From positions 3,744,001 to 3,808,000 of the forward strand of contig OZ241907.1 in the NCBI GenBank assembly GCA_965203515.1: 64,000 bases of DNA. The letters are read 5' to 3'. This document shows positions 59,001 to 64,000 of this stretch, in pieces. The notes below the pieces were generated by a model, which worked only from the letters and a program-made list of their open reading frames with translations, did no database searches and was not told where the DNA came from. Position 1 is the first letter of the stretch, and each line of letters opens with the position of its first letter. The DNA comes from Spirochaetia bacterium. Lineage in GTDB: Bacteria > Spirochaetota > Spirochaetia > SZUA-6 > Bin103. The position numbers and the translations under genes were made by a program.

Positions 59001-59391
59001 CCGCGCGCTGTCGCAGGAGCGGCGCACCGCCCTGCCCTGGGGTCTGGTGCGGGACAGCATCAAGGCCGGCGTGGAGAGCCGGTGGCTGCAGTTGGCCGCC
59101 GCCAGCGGCTCGCTCAACTGCGGCTACGACCAGGCCGGCAGCGTCCTGCTGGAACGGCCGGCGGAATACGATCCGCAGCCGGCCGCGGTCCCGGCCGGCG
59201 CCGTTACGCTTGACGCCGGGCAGATCCAGGACCTCGCCGTGCTGGTCCCGCGGTTGCTGGAGGAGAGCGCCGGCTACGCGCTCCGCTTCAAGATGAACGT
59301 GGAACTGGACAGCGACTCGCCGCCCGAGGTGCGCGCCGCCCTCGACCGCCTGCTCGCCGAAGTCTCCGGCACCTTGAAGACCGCGCTTTGA
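56080..59391 (+). CDS. DUF499 ATPase (no Swt1/HEPN N-terminus)
   Basis: PWHEVV, EFAADL, LTYGGGKTH, LIDEV, FPFHP, FQRTRGILR. Confidence 0.88.
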   Translation: MAKGSRSRPWHEVVRLKEELRTGELALAEFAADLHEVTLAQGRRPVYEDPAKFFALTYPTHALRELVKDVAGRLAGRSDKAVRQLELTYGGGKTHTLIALYHLFREPAALPEVAAVREFREHVGADLPPAVTVTLCFDKIDAERGIEGVRAPDGERRTLRHPWSVLAFQLAGADGLRAIHGAGGDAERATPPAEPLLVKLLELPQQHGRATLILIDEVLMYAREKAGLDPVWRERIVDFFQYLTQAVAKVDRAALVASLLATDPNRQRGELAQQLIAELFDVFRRQREEGVQPVQRGDVAEVLRRRFFAPGELGDRNAFRSHVIGVVRGLAKLDETTARARAAAEERFIDSFPFHPDLTDVFYSRWTQLDGFQRTRGILRILATALRAAERWDRSPLIGVGALLAAPGAQTVSEAVRELAGVATSEQVEGSKTDWVPLLEAELAKARQIQEEVPALREGREAEQAVLAVFLHSQPVGHKASTPDLLRMAGSAAPDAIEIDKGLRRWRELSWFLDDEDLGPEDPRTAAALPKSWRLGNRPNLRQMHDEACRQRVTAEAEAARLEQAVRETRALVEGAKAAGASVHRLPAAPREVGDDGAFRYVLLGADAASESGKPSGAARRFLTEVSGPHQPRVHRNAVVLAVPSRTGLQAARSCVRALLGWEEVERELAGHRVDPVPRELLRRRLQEARRLVPDMVRQAYQVVVTVNDDNEVHAFRLTPSAGPLFAAIKNDPRARITETALDAEALLPDGPYDLWREDEDTRLVKDLAGAFSRQSRLPKVLDPRVLFDTVLQGVERGLLLARLARPDGSVRTWWRAAVDPDAQTDPGLEVALPDRAELLQLPPALLAPGALPALWPEERGAAPQLTLRALAAYFAGGHTVQVRQQGYAYDDTLSIPRCSAETVRSAAARAVEQGRVWLTNGPTSVWNEPVPYGALDEAAVLHPPPALIPAQELTAQALPDEWRGGAVNGVALTRALSQERRTALPWGLVRDSIKAGVESRWLQLAAASGSLNCGYDQAGSVLLERPAEYDPQPAAVPAGAVTLDAGQIQDLAVLVPRLLEESAGYALRFKMNVELDSDSPPEVRAALDRLLAEVSGTLKTAL

Positions 59392-59439
59392 GGACGGCGG
59401 GCGGTGGAAGCGGTCCGCTGAAACCTCGACCCCCCTAGG

Positions 59440-62213
59440 TCAGTGGTTCGGCTTACGGGGGGAGAACTCGGCTGACCAGAGTTGGCCTTGGCCGGGAATC
59501 CACTGGCCGGTGCGGATGACCGCGATCTCATAGTCGGGGAGCTCGACGAACATCGCACATTTCTTTGCTAGGCGTTCGCCGTGTTCCCGGAAGTAGAAGC
59601 CCCGATTCTCGAAGCCGGACGGCCGGTCGCCCGGCGGAAGGTCGGCCGCCTCCGCCGGGAAGAAGTGCAGGAAGAAGCGCGCCTGCACGTCCTCCGGTGC
59701 GCACGGAACCTTGCGGTAGAGCAGCGTGCTCTCACCGAGATACACGTCGAAGGTCGAACGAGCGAGCGGTATGAACTCGCCGGCCGCGGTTGGCGGCCGA
59801 GGGGGCGGAGGTGGGGCGGGCTCCGCCATCCAGGCCATCCAGAGCTGTCTCTGGCCGGGCTGATCGGGGAGCCACTGGCCGGTGCGGATGACCGCGATCT
59901 CATAGTCGGGAAGCGTCACGAACGCCGCGCATGCGCGCCCGAGGATCACGCCGTGTTTGCGGAAGTCGAAGGCGACGTTCTGGAAGCCGGTACGGGCGTC
60001 GGCGGCGGACAGGTCGGCCGCGTCCGCCGGGAAGAGGTGCAGGAAGAAGCGCGCCTGTGTGTCCTGCGGAGCGCACGGAGCCCGGTGATAGATCAGCGTA
60101 GTCTCACTCTCACCACCACTGAGATACATGTCGAAGTCGGATCGAACGACGGCCCGGGCATCCTGCAGCAGGCCGCGCAGGGTGTCGGCGGCGCGGCTCG
60201 CGGAACTGCCATCGGACCGCGTATCGCTTCCGATCCTGAGGATGACGCCGTCGCCGGCGATGGCGGCCACCTCCATCCCCGGGAGCTCCGAGAACTCCTT
60301 CAGGCCGTAGCGATACGCGCCGGCGTCCCGGAAGAACCATGCGATCGCGTGCTCCGCGCCGGCGGCGGGCCCGGACAGCCGTTCCTTCGCTCGCGCAAGG
60401 GTCCGCGGCAGCCGGCGCGGCGCCGGGCCGCCCCGCGGCGTCGCCAGCAGGAAGACGGCCGCGCGGTCGGTGCTCCAGATGATGCCGTTCGGCGGGTCGG
60501 CGCGCAACTGGCGAATCACGCCGGACTCGGCCCATGGACGGGGCGCATATCCGCTTCCTTCTTCGATCCACCGCAGCACGTGACGGTGATTCGCATCCAC
60601 CTGGAACAGGAGCCAGACGGAAGCGAGGAGCGCGGCGAGGACCGCTCCCCGGGTACCGGCCGTGAGGTTCGCCAACCGGCCCGGCGATCCGCTCGGTCCA
60701 CTTCTGAGACTTCTGAGCCGCGCTATGACTTCATCCAGCATGATCGTTCCTGCTACCAGCAACACCGGGAACGCCGGCGTCAGGTATCGCGCGTCGGTCG
60801 CCGCCGGACGGACGAACACCATCAGGAACAGCGCGTACGCGGCCACGAACCCCAGGCAGAGGGTCAACGCGTCGCCATGCCGCCGGAGCAGGCCGGGTAA
60901 ACGGGCGCGGCGCCGTGCGAGGCTGCGCTGCAGCGCAACGGCCAGCAGACCGCTGCCGATCAGCGCCACTCCGGCGTAGCTCGTCAGGCACGCGGCGGCG
61001 GCCGCGGCGGCCGCCAGGAGGAGCGGACGCACTCCCCGCCCCTTCAGGAACCGATCCAGCGCGAGCAGCGCAGTCACGACGAACGCCGTGAAGGTGATCT
61101 CCGGCCACACGTGCGCCGCGACGTTGGCCGGCCACACCGCCAAGGCGCAGGCGCCGGCCGCCCAGACGACCAGCGCCGGGGATCGAAGACGGCTCCGCAG
61201 CCACGCCGCGACGGCGATGATCGTCACCCCGAACGCCGCGGCGTTGACGTAGCGGGCCGCCTCGATCACTTCCGGGCCGAAGGAGCCGGCGAACGCCAGG
61301 AGCAGAGTGAACAGCGGGCCGCCCTGCTCCGGGCTGCCGAACGCCGCGGCCAACCCGTTGCCGTCCAGCAGATTGCGCGCGCCCGCCACGTAGCGCATCG
61401 AGTCGCGCGTCAGCCCCGCCCCGTAGGCGGCTTGGCGGGCCAGGACGAGCAGCGCGCCGACCCCGCCGAGCGCCGCGCACAACGCCTGCGACCGCAGCCG
61501 CGCCCGGGCGCGGGCGATCTCCATGATGACCAGGATTGCGCACGACAGGCCCAACGCGTACGGCACGAACAGGTACCGGCCGAGGCGATGCATCTGATGG
61601 TCGGGCACCAGCAACTGCACGCCGGCCAGCGCCAGCAGCAGCGCGATCCATCCGCCGTGGCGGAGCAGTGCCGGCCGGCCTTGCCGCGCCGGAGGGCGCC
61701 GAACGCAACGGCGGCGGCCGGCGACAGCGCCGCAACCCACGCCAGGATGCGGCCGGCGCGGGCGCTCCCCAGCCCCGCCTCCCAATACGGTTCGAGCAGC
61801 TCGAGCCCCGCGAAGTCGACCGTGCCGGCAACTTCATCCCGAACCTCGGGGTCAGGTACGAGCTGCGCCAGCGCGCCCACCAGGGGAGTCCCTTCCAAGG
61901 CGGCGATCATGCTCGCGACAGTCTCCCAAGTCCTTCCTATCCAGAAGGACCACTTCCAGGCGACGACCCGCCACACGAGTCCGTTCTTCGGCAATCCGGC
62001 GCACGCGTCCCGCCACCCGAACCAGTCGGGAATCAGACACGCTTCGACCGCCATCTTGGCCGCCTGTCCCAGGCCGTAGGCGGCGGCGAAGCCGGCGCAA
62101 TAGAGCCCCATGCACCAGACCGCCAGCCGGGCCGGATTCGGTCCGGGCGGCTGACCGTCGTGACCGCCGTGATCACCGGGTCCGAAATAGACCAGCAGGC
62201 CGATCAGCGGCAC
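59440..62213 (-). pseudogene. Multi-TM membrane protein (GT-C-like core) with two tandem C-terminal ~100-aa domains; frameshifted near 61680, 5' end unclear
   Basis: ORFs 61410-62213 and 59440-61785 join at a GGCCGGCCGG run; DSMRYVAGARNLLDGNGL...PLFTLLLA; two copies of Y...PCAP.D.QARFFLH.FP...LPDYEIAVIRTGQW. Confidence 0.6.
59476..59513. repeat. 38-bp direct repeat, right copy
   Basis: Matches 46694-46731 with one mismatch. Confidence 0.93.
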
Positions 62214-62485
62214 GGCGAGAATGGTGTGCCCGCAATACTATACTCGGCGGCACTTGGCCTGTGGCCGGCGGCATCCCAGGAGCGCTCCGCTGACGAGCGG
62301 CCGAACGTCTGATCGAACAGCAGGTGCTCGAACCGGGGCAGCCACGGCCAGTCCCGCCGTTGCGGCGGGGAACAGGTCAGCGAACTGCCGGGATTTGCCG
62401 CGGTCACCGCCAACCGCGCCCGCCTGGATGGTTCGTAGCCGTTTGACGGCCTGCGCAGAGCGACTTACGGTGGCGAGCGAGGGTC

Positions 62486-64000
62486 ATGGGTACCGATGCC
62501 GACCTGCTTGCGCACTGGATGCTCGCCGGCGACTGTCGCGACCACTCCGGCAACGATCGCCACGGCCGGAACCGCGGGGCGGACCTCGCGGCGGACGGCG
62601 CCCGCTTCGACGGCCGCGGCGCCCACGTCCTCGTTCCTCCCTCGGCCGGCCTGAACCTGGGGACCGGCGACTTCACCATTGCCGTCGAGATACACACAGC
62701 CGGCGTTCTCGACGACGTGCCGGGCGACATCGTGAGCCGCTACGCCCCCGACACCCGCATCGGCTTTCAGTTCAGCCTGCTCAGCAGCGCCGGCGTGACC
62801 GCCGCCCAGGCCAACTACCGCCATCTCCACTTCGGCATCGACGCCGGCAGCGAGGGCTCGTGGATCGACTGCGGCCGTCCCGGCAACAACCTGCGCGTCT
62901 ATTCGCTGTGCGTCTTCCGGGGCGACCTCTACGCCGGCACCTTCGAGACCGGCGCCGACGAGGCCGGCGGCGTCTACCGCTACGACGGCAAGGACGGCTG
63001 GGAGCCGTGCGGGAGCCCGGACGCCGCCAACACCGTGGCCTCGCTGTGCGTCTACGACGGCGACCTCTATGCCGGCACGTCGCGCTACCGGGCCGGCGGC
63101 TCGGCGCTGCCGGAGTCGGAGAACCGGACCCCCGGAGGCGCCATGTACCGCTACGCGGGCGGCGGGGAGTGGATGGGCGTCGGCCGCCTGGAGGGGGCCG
63201 ACTCGTGCGCGGGCATGGCCGTCTACCGGGGCGAGCTCTACGCCATCCCGCTCTACAGCCAGGGCGTCTTCCGCTACCAGGGGGGCGACCGCTGGGCGCA
63301 TTGCGGCACCCCCGGCCGCCGCCTGATGGCGATCGGGGTCTTCAACGGTCACCTCTACGGAGCGGGCAACGAGGGCGGGGAGCGGGGCGGCGTGTTCCGC
63401 TACGCGGGCGGCAGCGACTGGGTTCACGCCGGCGGCCAGGAGGGCGTCTCCCAGGTCTACTCCTTCGCCGCCCACAACGGCAGATGGCACGTCGGCACCT
63501 GGCCGGAGGGCAAGGTCTTTCGCGACGACGGCGACGACCCCTGGACCTGCGTCGGACGCCTCGGCGAGGAGCTGGAGGTGATGGCCATGACCGTCTACAA
63601 CGGCAAGCTCTACGCCGGCACCCTGCCGCTCGGCCAAGTCTACCGCTACGACGGCGGCGAGACCTGGACCCTCACGGGGCAGCTCGACACCACCTCCGGC
63701 GTGCGGTACCGCCGGGTCTGGTCGATGGCCGTCTACCGCGGCCGACTGTTCGCCGGCACCCTCCCCTCCGGCCGTGTCTATGCCCTGGAGGCGGGTGCGA
63801 ACGTGACCTGCGACCATGAACTCGAGCCGGGCTGGCGCCGCCTTGCCGCCGTGCGCAAGGGCGGACGGCTCGCGCTCTACGTCGACGGAGTCCGGGCCGC
63901 AACCTCGGCGGCCTTCGACGCCTCGGCCTTCGACCTCTCGACGGACCAGCCCCTGCGGATCGGGGCCGGCGCCATCGACACCTTCAACGGCAGGATTCGC
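62486..64000 (+). CDS. LamG-like domain protein with inserted beta-propeller repeats (partial, runs off window)
   Basis: Open frame from ATG 62486: MGTDADLLAHWMLAGDCRDHSGN...FDG...GDFTI; repeated L.VY.G.LYAGT...VYRY.G units; ends ...LYVDG...LRIG; missing from the ORF track because it has no stop in the window. Confidence 0.78.
   Translation, partial: MGTDADLLAHWMLAGDCRDHSGNDRHGRNRGADLAADGARFDGRGAHVLVPPSAGLNLGTGDFTIAVEIHTAGVLDDVPGDIVSRYAPDTRIGFQFSLLSSAGVTAAQANYRHLHFGIDAGSEGSWIDCGRPGNNLRVYSLCVFRGDLYAGTFETGADEAGGVYRYDGKDGWEPCGSPDAANTVASLCVYDGDLYAGTSRYRAGGSALPESENRTPGGAMYRYAGGGEWMGVGRLEGADSCAGMAVYRGELYAIPLYSQGVFRYQGGDRWAHCGTPGRRLMAIGVFNGHLYGAGNEGGERGGVFRYAGGSDWVHAGGQEGVSQVYSFAAHNGRWHVGTWPEGKVFRDDGDDPWTCVGRLGEELEVMAMTVYNGKLYAGTLPLGQVYRYDGGETWTLTGQLDTTSGVRYRRVWSMAVYRGRLFAGTLPSGRVYALEAGANVTCDHELEPGWRRLAAVRKGGRLALYVDGVRAATSAAFDASAFDLSTDQPLRIGAGAIDTFNGRIR

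Overview
High-GC bacterial DNA with housekeeping blocks (1-10.2 kb: PTS IIA/PII-like fusion, 2-oxoacid dehydrogenase E2, a cysM-JAB-[sulfur carrier-MoeB-rhodanese] cluster, leuC-leuD-ilvD; 36.6-46.5 kb: NUDIX, glycerate kinase, LacD-like aldolase, HtrA, spondin protein, YbaK, PQQ sugar dehydrogenase, Kef-type antiporter) interrupted by two defence islands. Both islands are built on an SNF2 helicase(DUF3883) / DUF1156 DNA methyltransferase / DUF499 ATPase core, related to the 'restriction-like' Gao_RL architecture but with no recognisable DUF3780 gene. Island 1 (~10.4-36.5 kb) is the most striking part. It carries two near-identical DUF1156 genes in inverted orientation that differ mainly in a central ~570-bp putative target-recognition segment, a layout that could shuffle methylation specificity by recombination. 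Its core operon is also packed with accessory cassettes: a PARIS-like ATPase+DUF4435 pair, ATPase+DUF4276, a DUF433/DUF5615 TA pair flanked by a duplicated junction, XRE-ImmA with a broken PIN gene, and several AAA-nuclease genes. Island 2 (~46.7-59.5 kb) is bracketed by a 38-bp direct repeat. It holds IS3 debris, an XRE-HTH-fused helicase with a palindrome in its promoter, and a low-GC two-gene insert of unknown function. No rRNA, tRNA, CRISPR array or site-specific recombinase was seen. All family assignments come from motif recognition by eye, not from database searches.
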